Source: Spizellomyces punctatus DAOM BR117
Taxonomy: Eukaryota
NCBI GenBank assembly: GCA_000182565.2
Contig: KQ257452.1
DNA: 64,000 nucleotides
Strand: one strand, 5' to 3'
Shown in pieces: positions 1 through 12,456 of this stretch. Within the stretch, counting starts at the first letter, position 1; each line of letters opens with the position of its first letter. The position numbers were made by a program, and so were the translations under genes. A model generated the notes under the pieces. It had not been told where the DNA came from. It worked only from the letters and a program-made list of their open reading frames with translations, and did not search any database.

Positions 1-341
1 TTGAAAACCACCCTCGTTTGCGCATCGCATCGTTTGTAGCCTGCAAGGACAGCTACCTCCATTCTGGCTTTCCTCTTCGACCGGTCTCTTTCCAACATTC
101 GCGGAAGCATAGGTGGAGGGAATATATACGAATTCGACTTGCGAATGAATCTTTGGTATCGTGGTTCAGACGTACTTCCCGCACACCGTCATTCCCTGCT
201 TTTTACCGGTACTCATGAAGGTCCTCGTCAAAAGAAACTCGCCAAAAGGACAATGTTCGAAACTGGACTGTGCCACCCAAAGAATGATGGTCAAAACCTT
301 CGAAATTTGTCAATACCACGCAGAGGCATGTTTTTGACAAC

Positions 342-1583
342 ATGAAGAGGGCACTGCAGAGGTACTGGAATGGAATCCTCGCTAGACCATCACGAGGCGT
401 CCTACCTGGCATTCCGTCGGGAAAGGAGATAATTGCCTCGTGGATAGCCACATTTATCGGTATTGGTAAGCACGCAGTCTCGTTCGCAATTTCCATGTTC
501 ATTCACTGAGTGCACTGGAACATTTGTTTTTCGCAGGTGTTGTTACTGCGCTCCATTACCACGCACCAGCTTTACTTGCTGCTGAAGTTCCAGTCGTGGT
601 TGCCTCGTTTGGAGCCTCTGCCGTGCTTATCTACAACACAATAGAAAGTCCTCTCTCCCAGCCAAGGTTCGTTGCAGAAAATTGTCGTGGAAAGAGGGAA
701 GGGGACAGCGCTGTTCATCTATTTCATGTATTGACTGTGTTGTTGTTGTTGTTGTTGTTGATAACAGGTGTCTTTTGGGTGGACACATTTTCTCCGCGGT
801 CGTAGGAGTAACTGTTCAAAAGATCATTTCCGCGTTGGCTGAAGCGACAAAGACCGATGTACTACAATGGAGATGGTTTGGTTGTGCTCTTGCTGTATCC
901 TGTGCCATTTTCGTTATGCAGGTGAGTAGCACTGTTCGTGTGGTACCCGTCCTGGTCTAATGACAATTACTAGGTAACCAAAACCACACATCCACCAGGT
1001 GGAGCTACGGCGCTTGCTGCTGTTCTCGGCCCAGATCCCGTCTGGCATTTAGGTATTGGATACATATACATGCCACACATTGCAGTAAAGGACAATTATC
1101 TGACTTTAGTCCTGTCTCTATTTCGTGTTGCTTGCAGGGTACCTGTACGTTGCATCACCAGTCGCGCTTGGGGCAGTTTTACTATTATCCGTCGCGGTAC
1201 TAGTCAATAACGCATTTGGACGACAATATCCACAGTACTGGTTTGTACCGACCCCACCAGTCCTACAAGATGGTTCATCATCAAGTCCGCTCCATGAACT
1301 AAAGTTGGAATGTGACGCGACTGCAGTCATATCACACCATGACAATATGCATGTTGATGATGGACATCGTTTATCTGTATCAGTATCGACTCGTGCCCAC
1401 GACCTCCAACAGGCAGAGCGACTAATAGAGCACGGGGCGGGACTTGGGGTAGGGGACGGACAAGTTGGCGGCGTGCATGGAGGATCTGCCAGTTTGGCTG
1501 GGGAGCGATTCAGGCGTGGAATATCCTCCCATAGCTTAAATTCGTCTTCACCACCAGCAGATGGTGTTCAAGATATGCCTTAA
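342..1583 (+). CDS. HPP-family integral membrane protein (5 exons inferred)
   Basis: Spliced product MKRALQRYW...VASFGASAVLIY..IESPLSQPR..LGGHIFSAVVGV...QVTKTTHPPGGATAL...GRQYPQYW. The HPP motif and SFGASAVL are HPP-family hallmarks; GT-AG introns join the frames. Confidence 0.85.
739..760. repeat. (GTT)7 microsatellite at the 3' end of an HPP gene intron
   Basis: gttgttgttgttgttgttgttg directly before the acceptor ataacag. Confidence 0.9.
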
Positions 1584-1910
1584 TGATAAAAGTGTAAATA
1601 ACTAGGAGTTATGGGGACTTGTCATGTGACTAATAGATGCGCGTAACTAAGCACTATGACTTCATCATTACCCGACAGCATGACGCGTAGCAATTGTCGA
1701 CGGGGGGGCTGGAGCTCTTCACCTTCTTTTATGTTTTCCTCGGCGTTTCGTCACACTACCGCCACTAGTTCCGTCTCCCCCCGTCTCCCACTGCATGGGT
1801 ATAAGTAAAGGGCTGCTGCTTCCTCGTCTCTCCTTCAACAATTCATACCCCGCAATCTGCAGATACAAATCAACTTTCTTTAAAAACATCAACTCTGTTC
1901 ACGCACATCC

Positions 1911-2815
1911 ATGGACACAATGAACGCAGCAATGTCAGGTGCGGCTCAGTCCGTTGCAGACGCAGCACAAACCGTCCACGCATCTACTCCAACGAGCGGA
2001 GCAGGAACACCTCTGATGAACCTGGCCACCTATCTCCTCTACATTGAATGTGCACTGATCATTTTGTTGAGTGTGCCCGTATACGTTCCCTACCGCAAGC
2101 AATTGATGGAGTGGATTCATTATTCACCAAGGTATGAATGAGTTTGGATGCGTTTTCTTCTGGTATTTGTGAATGCTCATTCAAAGTCTATGATTAGCCT
2201 TTGGAAATTCCGGGTCATTATATTTTGCATTAATGCTTTCGTGGCTGTTTACTCGGCGACACATACCTCCGCCTCAATCGCGTCACGCACCAAATTGCAG
2301 CAATTCAAGCTGCCCATGCACAAGCTGTCACTGGAATCCCGACCGCTGGCGCTACTATGGCAAAAGCAGCTGGATCTCTTGCCGGAGCAACAACGGGCTC
2401 CCCCATCGACGCGAGTAGCCACATCGCCAACCTAAACGATCTTTACACCGCCCGATTCCGTGGTCAACGTGACTTTTATATCCTCGCCTTCACTCTTTTC
2501 TGCTCAACAGTTCTCTACCAACTTCATATGCTACTCATCAAGATGGACAAGTACCGTTTGCAGCGCAACGAATTGCGAAGCAAAATGTCGCCGCGCAAAG
2601 ATTCAGCCTCCTCATCAAGCAAGACAACGGGTGTTGTAGAGGGGCTTTCAAAGACCGTCAAAGAGGCAAGCAGTAAGGTTGTAGACAAGGTTGACGCCAT
2701 TCTGCATCACGGTGCGGCGACCGCTGCCAATGGCACTTCTCCTGCGATAGGAGCCGCTCCAGCAGAACCCGGTGTTGCTCAAAAGCGTACTGTTTTTGTA
2801 ACGAAGGAGGAATGA
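1911..2815 (+). CDS. BAP29/BAP31 (Yet-like) ER membrane protein; apparent 1-nt frameshift at ~2248-2251
   Basis: N-terminal TM YLLYIECALIILLSVP; after the frameshift LLGDTYLRL and FRGQRDFYILAFTLF (BAP31 FRAQRNxYxxGF motif); C-terminus ..TKEE. Intron at 2132-2197. Confidence 0.75.
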
Positions 2816-3128
2816 AGAATGGGGATGAGTGGGAAGGAAGGTTTTAATTTTGTTCTTGAATTGTGAAGTTTGTTGTGAATTAATTTTCCTGTCAATATAA
2901 TTGTCAACCTTTTTATTCTGGAAGTTATCAGAAAAGACCGCTTTGAGCTTCAACTGTGAAAGTTCGGGGGCTCTCAGTACATAAAGGCCAATCTCTGTAG
3001 GCCGTAAAAATGCACTTGCACTTCTGAAGCGAACGACTAACAGTGTCCTGAGTATTTTACAACGGGATCATTAACAAATGGAGAAAAGAAATATATATAC
3101 GAAATTGCGGCTCGGTGCATGGTACACC

Positions 3129-6100
3129 CTATCGCTTTGCAGGAGCTCTCTTTTTCAGTTTATCTTTCTCTAAACTCATGGCCGCCGCATCCATCTCGAC
3201 TCCTTGCTCCGCGGCCAAAGCTGACTCTCTGGCTGCAGCTTCCATGGCGGCCCTGGCTTTCGCTTGAGCTTCTTCAATCTCTTTGATAACCTTTTGTCGG
3301 TATGCTTCTCGTCGCGATAAATCAAGTTCTCTAAAGCCTTCGACTTGCTTCATCTTCTCTTCAATTTTATCTACAAAGAGTTGTCGATCGTGAGCGCGCT
3401 TTTCGCGGTCTTCCGCTCTGGCTTTCCTGACAGATTCTTGGTATCTTTCATGTTCCTGTTGTCTGGAATCTCGTTCTGCTTGGAGCTCTGTCATTTCTTC
3501 GGGAGTGAGAACATGTGGTTTTGACATTATCCTACTTTCCGCGGAAGCCGCTCGTGATGGGGATGCAGTGGATCTTCGGGAGGGTGAGGTTTGAGGATAT
3601 TGGCCTGCGCTGCTAGGTGGTGGAGGGGGTGTCTCACTTTCGGTATCTTCGCGTATCATGCTGCTATGTGAACCGCGCGTACTCTCTTGTCTTCGCGCTA
3701 GTCGAGCTGCTGCCATAGTCCCATGTATTGTCCAGGGCTTGTACGGTACATCCTTACCACCGACTCCGGTAATGAAGATTGGTCGAATGATTCCCGCTTC
3801 GACCTGTTTTAAATACGTATCTCTGGCTTCGCGGGCCCGTGCTGCTCTTCCCGGCTGTGCTGTTTCCCAGGAGTCTTTTATTGCCCGATAACGATCTTCC
3901 TTTTCTGTGTCACGAGCAACCCCAAGAGATGCCGTATCCGTTGATATGATACGTAGTCGCCAGGAAGGTTCGTTGCCGGTAGGCACCGATCTCTCTTCTC
4001 CAGTTGTTCCAGCCTGATTTTGCACTGCTGCACCTGAGCCACCTGAGATCGTTGCTGATCTTTTCTTTTTGGCTGATGCGGACGCAGAGGGTGCGGCCTT
4101 GACGCCGCGTGATGGTGGACGGTTAGGTTCGCCTACTGGCGCTGGGGTCACTGGAAGAAGCCCAATGAGTTTGGAAAGCTCGACATTCTCAACGCTCCCT
4201 TGGACAATGTACTTGTGCTTAGGCTAGAATAACGTGGCGTGTAAATCACAGTGCTCAATTGCTCGCATATGACAAGTATAACAAAACTTACAATCGGCGG
4301 TAAATCATTCACCGGAGGCGTAACTATCCCAGGATGCTCCTTCAGCGACTCTTTTAAAGTTTCCTTTGGGCCATCCTTTCCTTTCTTCTCAGATTTGTCC
4401 GGCTTGTCGTTGCCTTTTTCCGCCTTAGTGACTGCTGGAGGAGCGACGACCGGATCGTCTGTTTGCATGAGGTTGAGGGCATAGATTGTAGCAATGCCCT
4501 TGCCTCGAGCAGATTGGACTTCTACCCCATTGTCAAAAACTTGCAGTTTGAGCCATATAGACGGGAAGGAAAATGTGAGCTGCATGGATACGCAGTTCAT
4601 GGGTGCGTCTTTGACCTTCACTACGTAGCTATACGGGTTGAGTTCGATGTCAGGATTGATTACTCATCGTGATCGCCGAGATCATGTCGTGCTCACCGGA
4701 AAAGCACATTGTGCTTGTTTGGGGTGTACATGTCGTCAAAGTCTTGAACGATGGGCTTTGTCCACATTTCTAACGGACGCTCGGGAGGAATTACTGGAAC
4801 AGGCTCTGAAACAAATCGTAATTTCCATTTTCCGCCCGGTTTTGGTTGTGATATTCGACAGTCTGCGACCAGCGTGTATCCATTCTGACATATGTCATAT
4901 CACTTGTTAGAACCTGCGGTTATGTGTTTCAATCTGAATTATTTACCTGGTTTGGCAGGTAGGTCCGAGGGCGCAACTGGTAGAATACTTGCGGGATCTC
5001 TTCATTGGTGTCGTTGTCGAACATACGGAGGCACGTCGATTGTTGGATGTATTCAGGAACAAAGATACTCGTCGCAAGAAATGTCGGTTCGGCAAAATGT
5101 ACAATGTTTCTGATAAGGATATCGCCATTTATGAGTTTTTTCCATGACCAGCAGCGAAATATGCAAAACACCCATCATTGAAACGACGATACCGTACTTG
5201 ACCAGCAAAAACCAAGAATTCGCCGGCTGAGCCGGAAACGTTTCATCTATATCCCGCACATGTACTTCGAGACGCTCCGAAAGGTACTTTCCTTCGTCTT
5301 CCAACAGAAACTCCTCACGAGCCCAGACAGAAAGACTGTAAGACGTTGGGCAGTTCACAATAAAGCGATATGCTTGGCGCCTATTTCAGCGCATGTAAGT
5401 AATGCAACCGTGATGATTTCGGATTCTTTTCTTAGAGAACGCACAGACAGGGGTGGACCTTACCCTTCCGGTATCCGAAGGTAGCTACATAACGCGGCGT
5501 TTGTCGTCATACGCAATACAGGTCGTCGCTCGGCCGTCCCTTTCCAGTCATATTCTTCAACCAGTGCAGAAGATACTTGCATCGTTACTTCATTTTTTAC
5601 ACGTCCGTAGGTTGAAAGAAAGACAAAGACGGAAAGATCCTTTGTTATATCTGGTAAGTCTGTAGAATTCCTGTTAGCTCCTTTAAAGCCGTTGTATTTC
5701 TGCATATTTCATAGCTTACAAAGAACCTGGGGGATACGCAGGTTTTCGCTCGCCTTGGCTGGATCGGGAATACTGTGCACTGACTTGACAAACTTAAAAC
5801 TCCCCTGACTATGGTAGACCGTAGCGGACCTAATCAAATCCAAAAATCAGTATTGCCGTGTATCAAATCGTCCATCGGTAGAAATACAAAATAGAAAAAC
5901 TAATTGAATGGTACCTGAATACTCGACAGAATTCACTGTACGGCATCCAGCAGTCGGTTGTCTCGAAGGCGGCCTCTGACGGTGGCTCTTCCACTACTTT
6001 ACTGTTACTCTTCGCGTCTCCCGGTTTGCGAGCACGAAAGTGTCTACATCATCGAACATGGCGAGGGATGAGGACAATATTTTGATTACTATCAGCATTT

Positions 6101-7991
6101 TGGCCTTACCCGCAACTATAGTAGCTTCGCAACCTGATCAACCTCTGTGTTGTGGTCAGGTCAACATTGGAGAGGTCTTTTGCTTGTATACCGGGCGCTA
6201 TCACAGTCGCGCGTATGTCCATGATGCGACATGGTACAGCGATCGTGTTCATGTCCAACTTTTCTGATGCTTCCTATGGTTCAAACGTGTCAGAAACACA
6301 TCATTCCACGTCTGTAAGAGATTCAATGTCTGCTTACCTCCCCTTCTCTCCACGCGAAGATTATCACAAAAGGACTTTGCTTCCCACCTGGTACCGTACC
6401 AGCTGTTCCAGTACCTCCTCTTGGCCCATTTGCGGATGCCATGGTTGATCTATCCCCCGGACCAGCCATCACAGCACCCCGATCTTTTGCCATTGTTGTG
6501 GAACTGGCAGGATTAAGGTTTCCACCTCGCGATGCTTGAGCACCAGTAAGTGGAGGTGCGAGGCCCGACTGGAAAGTTTTGATGTTCAACGCAGACAAAG
6601 CTGTCCATAGGGGTTTGCTTGGTTTTTCGTGAACAGGCAGCTTTTCGGGAAGCCAGCCTTTCAGCGTATGGAAGACATCAAAGTCACCAAATTCGCAAGC
6701 TTGGTCTGTTTCTTTGTAGCTGATCGATTCACCAAGCATGAGTAATAAGCAAATGCCTGAACGTCTGCCAAAACGAATTTCGCTTGCACCGTACTCACCT
6801 CAATGCTGCCACCTTCAACAATGCCTTCGTCAACAGCATCGGCCATATTTCATGTGCCACCACACTGGAAACGACCAGTGGCCGCCCTTCCGAATCGACT
6901 GGTAGTCGATCATCTACAGTAATCTTTCTCCAAGCCCCCAGCCAGAAAAGCTTGACCGCATACTTTCCAGATATGTTGTAAATGGGTAGACCGTCTTTTG
7001 ATTTTGGGTATATCTGGTCCCATGGGCAGAATTCGTCGGACGCATTCATACCACTGACGGGTCCGCTGGATGCTTTTGATTTCTTATACTGGTCATATAG
7101 GAAATGGAGTGTGGAGAGTATTGAACGCATTAGTTCTGAGCCTAGGAGATGGCGGTTGGCCTGAAAAAGCTTGGATGTCCCAGACAAGATTTCTTGATCT
7201 GAAGCTTCGTCTTCCAGTGCCTTGTTGGCCGAGGCGCTCGCAGTGTTGTCCTCTTCCGTTGAAGTCGCCTCTTCCATTGTAGCCATATTGCTGCCATGAG
7301 GAGATCCTAGTGAGTTACCGCCGAGTCCTTGTGCATGCCCAGGTGCAGCAGGTGTCCCCGGAACTGCGGGTGTGCCAGGAGGGTGAGATGATCCCAAATT
7401 GCCCCCACCGTCATCCACTCCCTCCTTTTGATTTCTATCACTCTTTTCTATTCCCTCGGGCGATTCGAGTACGGCTTCTGGAAAACTGCTTCCCATGACA
7501 GAAGCGGCAGCATCTACATTGGACGCCTTCGAATAACTTCGTGTTAACCCAGGGGATGTCGAAATGCTTCCAAACCCGACAGACCCGGTGCTTGAAGGTG
7601 CAATACTGTGGAACATTTCGTCTTCGAGATGTAGTGGCTGCATACATATCGGTGATTGACCTTCAGGAGCCAGATCAACTGGCCGCTTGAAACCATCTAC
7701 CAGGCCTCTCAAGGACCGCGGTAGCCATGGCAGTCCTTCTGGGTCTTCAAAGACGTGTTTCACCGCCCATTTCTCCGCTGCTACTTCAGCATCTGACCAT
7801 TCTGGCCATATTACCACTGGTGCATCCTGCGACTCGTCCGATCCAATACTCGGTGCCCCTCCGAACCCAGCCCCAGTTCCAGGATGTGTAAGGCCCGCGT
7901 TTGTAGGTTGACCACTCCCAGATGGTGTCCGTTTTTTAGTGTTGCCAGACTTGGCTAAGCGGTCCTTGGAGCTGGAGCCAGCCTTTTTCAT
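3129..7991 (-). CDS. ADGB: Androglobin-like calpain-domain protein (multi-exon), apparently lacking the globin domain
   Basis: IWPEWSDAEVAAEKW, GSELMRSI, PWDQIY, GKYAVKLFWLGAWRKITVDDRLP, EIWPMLLTKALLK, PAQPANSW, DNDTNEEIPQVF, HKYIVQ, WRLRIIST, AIKDSWETAQPGRAARA: blocks collinear with animal androglobin as I recall it. Confidence 0.85.
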
Positions 7992-10602
7992 GCTGTAATT
8001 GTGGAGATCGTACTGCGTAATGACGGCGAATCGGAAGACTAACTGACTTTGCCTTAGCTAATCCATTAAACGACGCGTCAAGCGCTGCATCTCTGGACTT
8101 GCTACCAGCCATATATTTTGTACCTCTCTTTGAACCTGTGCAAAATACGATGTTTTCTCGCCCTTTCCACCACTACCGGATATATAGGAACACGATAAGA
8201 GATCAATACCTGCAAGACTTCCAGCACGATGCTAAATAGAACCTGCCAGTTCATTCAAGAATTTGGGTCGCCATTCGATTGGTACGTCTGGCAATGCCAA
8301 CTACTTCACCACACTTCGGACAAACTAGTTATTACATTGCCACATTACATTCGCCTGAGTTTGAATGGGAAAGATGGGAGGTGACCATTCCGAGAAAGGA
8401 GCCACAGTTACCCAGCCCGTCTCCGACGTTCCGCCTCATTTTCTTGAAAACTTCCGACTTCTCCTTAAAGCTTACAGCTGTGCTGAAGACATTGCGGCAC
8501 ATCTCCACTAGCTCAGCCAACAGCTCTTGTATTGTTGTTGACGGTAGCAGCCCTACATACAGCGCCGTGTTTCATCATCTGTAGTCAATTCATTTCTGGA
8601 CAGCTCGAGTATCTGTTTCTCCCTTGGGTCCTGATTTGTTATATTTCATTCTGATTAGCTTCATGCCAAGTTTGGAATATCGTTCGTCGTCCGTGAGCAT
8701 AACCTTCTCAAGAATGTAAGTTCCTCAAAGTACCTAAATTGCCAACAGATAGATGTGCAATGCTTCGACGTTTGGACGACAGCTGCATGACTTTCACAGA
8801 GATCATTCCTTGAAACATTGCATGGGCTTAGATTTGGTGTAAATAAAGTTCCACATACCTTGGAATCTCATGTTTGCTGGAACAGTGTTCGATACCTTTT
8901 GTCTTTTTTCGAGGAACATTAAGTAGAATTTGAACGGTCCTGGAGTGCGTTGACACTCCTTCAGTCTCTTTTTAGCGGCATTTCAATCGCCTTCCCCCTT
9001 GTCGGCCACACTGCAAAGAGAATCATTCGATTGGCGAATGGGATATCATCTTAATGTCATGCTTGGCATCATGAAGACATCCAGCTCCTGTTTCCCAATA
9101 GTTTTTGCTGTTCCTGCTCGTTGCGGAAGGTCAATTCAAACATCTAGCGAAATTTCTCTTATGGGACCAAGTGCTCATCAACTGTGGCTCGGTCAATGAT
9201 CGCAAGATCCCAAATCTTTGCCCTCGAAACGGTATAAGTACGATAGGATCCGCGTGATTGAGAGCGTTTGCACCATCTGCATAATGCGGAAGATCCACCG
9301 AAGCCGATTGATCTTTCCTCAGAGAAAGTGCACTGTCGCGTAGCTATTTGACTCGATGAGAATACGTCAAATGGTTGAGAGTGTCATTCAAAGTACTAAT
9401 GAACTCCTTCAGCCTAATGAACTTGGGCTGATATGATGGCTCCAAGGTAAGCGCCATTCTAGCACCGTGGGGACGATACTGATGATGCGAAACCGGGTGC
9501 AACCGGTAGCAAAGTAGATTGCTATAAAAACATCGGAGCCTCGCATGAATCAAAACCCAAATCCCAGTGATCAAGCTCAATGCGTGCAGATGCGCGAGTG
9601 GATGTGATGGCGGCCACAACAAAATATCTCATCTGATACTGATTAGCGAGAATCCTTACCTTTTGCGTAATGGACCTTTGACATTTCGTGCGATCCAGAC
9701 AATGTGTGTGGTTCCAAAAATGAAAATGGCGTATATTAAATGCAGATGAACATCAGTGGGCTAAAACCAAACTTACAAAGTTCCAAATGGGATCAGGATG
9801 ATTTGAGAGAAAGCAGGTCCCTTGTCCTCGTTGAAGGTACGCGCGGGTGGCACAGCATCAGAGCGAGAGTAGAATTCGTCAGCCAAGCAAGCATCCAAGC
9901 ACTGGTCTCAAGTAGCAACAGATGCTTACTTTGCATATAACTACGATTAGCCATTGCCCTATTGGCGTAATCTTTACCTTCAAGTGAGCAGCTGCTGGTT
10001 TAAGGACTTGTCAAAGTCTGTTTATACAATATGCACGTTGGGACATTGGAATGGCCATTAGCGGCGTTGGTGAGATGCACAGTGCGCACAAAAGTTTCCA
10101 CTCAATAGCACAGCAGATTGTGGCGCACAATGACGATGTGCAGTCATACTCCACATCTCGTGAATTGAGCAATACGAGAAGGAAACGATGCCTTCCAACA
10201 TATTTAGTAAGGGAATGAACGACATTCCGCATGATGCTTCTCTCGTAGCCTGGAGTCCCTTCACCCATATTGCCTCCCTGCCAATACTCTGCATGCGATT
10301 GTGCACAGTGCGCTTGTCGTTGTCCATCACTCGTGTCTCAACATGGCTTTTGGATTTGTTTGTTTATCATTTCCTCCACGTGCGCAAAGTATCATGGCGG
10401 CACAGTGACTCATTTCATCAGCTGCTGAGGGTCATCGGCTTGTTAATCGCTTGCTTGAAATCAAAAGCCGACGAGCCTTCCTCATTTTCGCTCATTTCAA
10501 ACGCTTGCTTTCCTTACGCATCTTGTCCATTTCCCAATAATCTCCACACCCGGTCTTTTGGGTGGATTCACTCTCTTAAAGACCAAGTTTGCCTCATACA
10601 AG

Positions 10603-12137
10603 ATGCGAATAGCACCATCAGACACCTCATGGGCATTTTGTCCTGGGTCGCTGCCCTTTCTCCTTCTGGTTCTCATACTTTTGCAGACTTTTTCTTTGAG
10701 CCATGCTATTACTGATGATGAACGGCTTTCTGAAACCGAAACCGCTCGTCTGGAGGCTGAAACCCTTTCTTTTACCACTACTCTCAACCTTTCGGCTGCC
10801 GATCGTGCTGCCATTCTCGAAAAGTATGCGCCAATAGTTTATTTACACCCACGCGATAGATGGAGACCCGCCGATCCAGCAAAGATTTTTGAGGCCTCGA
10901 AGCTTGCGGAGGATAACAGAACTCTGGTAATACCAGAACACATGTTGCATGGAGACGAAGTCGAAGAGGGAGGGACGATGCGGGCAAAGGTTGTTGGCCA
11001 AGTAGTGCAGGATGGTCCCGGAAAGAAGACATATTTGCAGGTACCGTGACATGGAGCTGTGAGGACTATACCATCTTCTGTTATCTCAACCCTTTGTAGT
11101 ACTGGTTTTTCTATCCTGTCAATGGCTGTCAAGGCTTCCGGATAGGAATATGGAGTGGTCTAAAGTCCTTTGTGAGCGAAAGAGCCGAGAATTTTGAATG
11201 GTGTGGGATGGCATTTCACAATGGGTACGTGCGTACATAACATCTGATGCTATATTGGGAAGCCGCTCACCATTTGTCTTTCGTTTTCATAAAAATAGAG
11301 ACTGGTAGGAGATAAGAGATTACTTTACTGCAGAATACGTCGAATTGATCGCATTGCATATACAGGGAGCATATCACTGTGCAGCTGTCCAGCGTCTGGG
11401 CGGGCGGCTCGGTCGACACTGCACCACCGGTGGAAGCCGTAAGACTTTCACTTGATGCGTTTCGCGAGATTTGTTTTCTCACTGGTGCGTAAATTTACCC
11501 GCAGATTGCCTTTTCCCAACACTCTGGATCCCAATGGCTCCCGGCCTCAGCTGTGAAGTTCACCGCTACACATCCACATGTCTACTCCGCGCTACACTCA
11601 CACGCAAATTATGCTGTGGAAGGAACACATAAGAACATTGATGACACATTTGCCTTCGTCTCGCGGATATCCCCACTCTTGACGCTCGGCTCGGTGCAAT
11701 GGATACAAATTGCAGACGTTGCCGATCTTCAGTCGGATCTGTTCACATACGATGAGCCTCTGGGCCGAAGGTTTCAACGATTCATCGTTTGGAAAACTTG
11801 GGAGGATGGGGTGTGGGATTTTACAGATAGAGGTGATCATGGTGACTGGGCAAGATTCTCGGGATATTGGGGTTTACCGGTGGACCAAACCGAAATTATT
11901 TTGCCTCCATTGGGAGTGACGGCCGGGACCCAGCTACTATCTGCTACGGTGGTAAGTTGATGTCGGACAAATGAGAATTGGTAGTTCCGCATTGTGTCTC
12001 AAACAGACTTGCGCTCTCTGTAGGGCGCAAAGCATATGGGCTTGTTGCGCAAGTTTGTTCACAAATTTGAGCAGGCCCCTAAAGGCCCGCGGCAACATCG
12101 AACATGGTATACGCTCGATAGTCCATCCTTTATATAA
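10603..12137 (+). CDS. Vps62-like secreted or membrane-anchored protein with a 6-nt microexon
   Basis: Hydrophobic N-terminus, KYAPIVYLHPRDRWRP, YLQYWFFYPVNG, HNGDWEHITVQL (spliced), HPHVYSALHSHANY, W.RFSGYWG, PKGPRQHRTW. Confidence 0.75.
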
Positions 12138-12456
12138 TGTGCGCATGCTCACGGACCTGCGTTACTCCTATTACATTCTTCGTATAATGTGTGTGTGGAA
12201 GCAATGTCCTATGTATATATATTTTAGCAACCACGATGTAATGATTGTGCACAAACAAAATCCAATTGGAGAAATAAAGTAACTTTCGCATGAATTTTTA
12301 TTTTTTGTTGTCAATTGCTGGCTGCCGAAATATAGGTCACATTCTAAATCGCAAAGGAACTGTACTAGACGGTATAATTCAACATGGGCCGTCTGCGCCG
12401 ACTTCAATAGATAAGAAGAACTCTCGAGCCTGAGCAAGGTATTGATAGGAGCTGCT

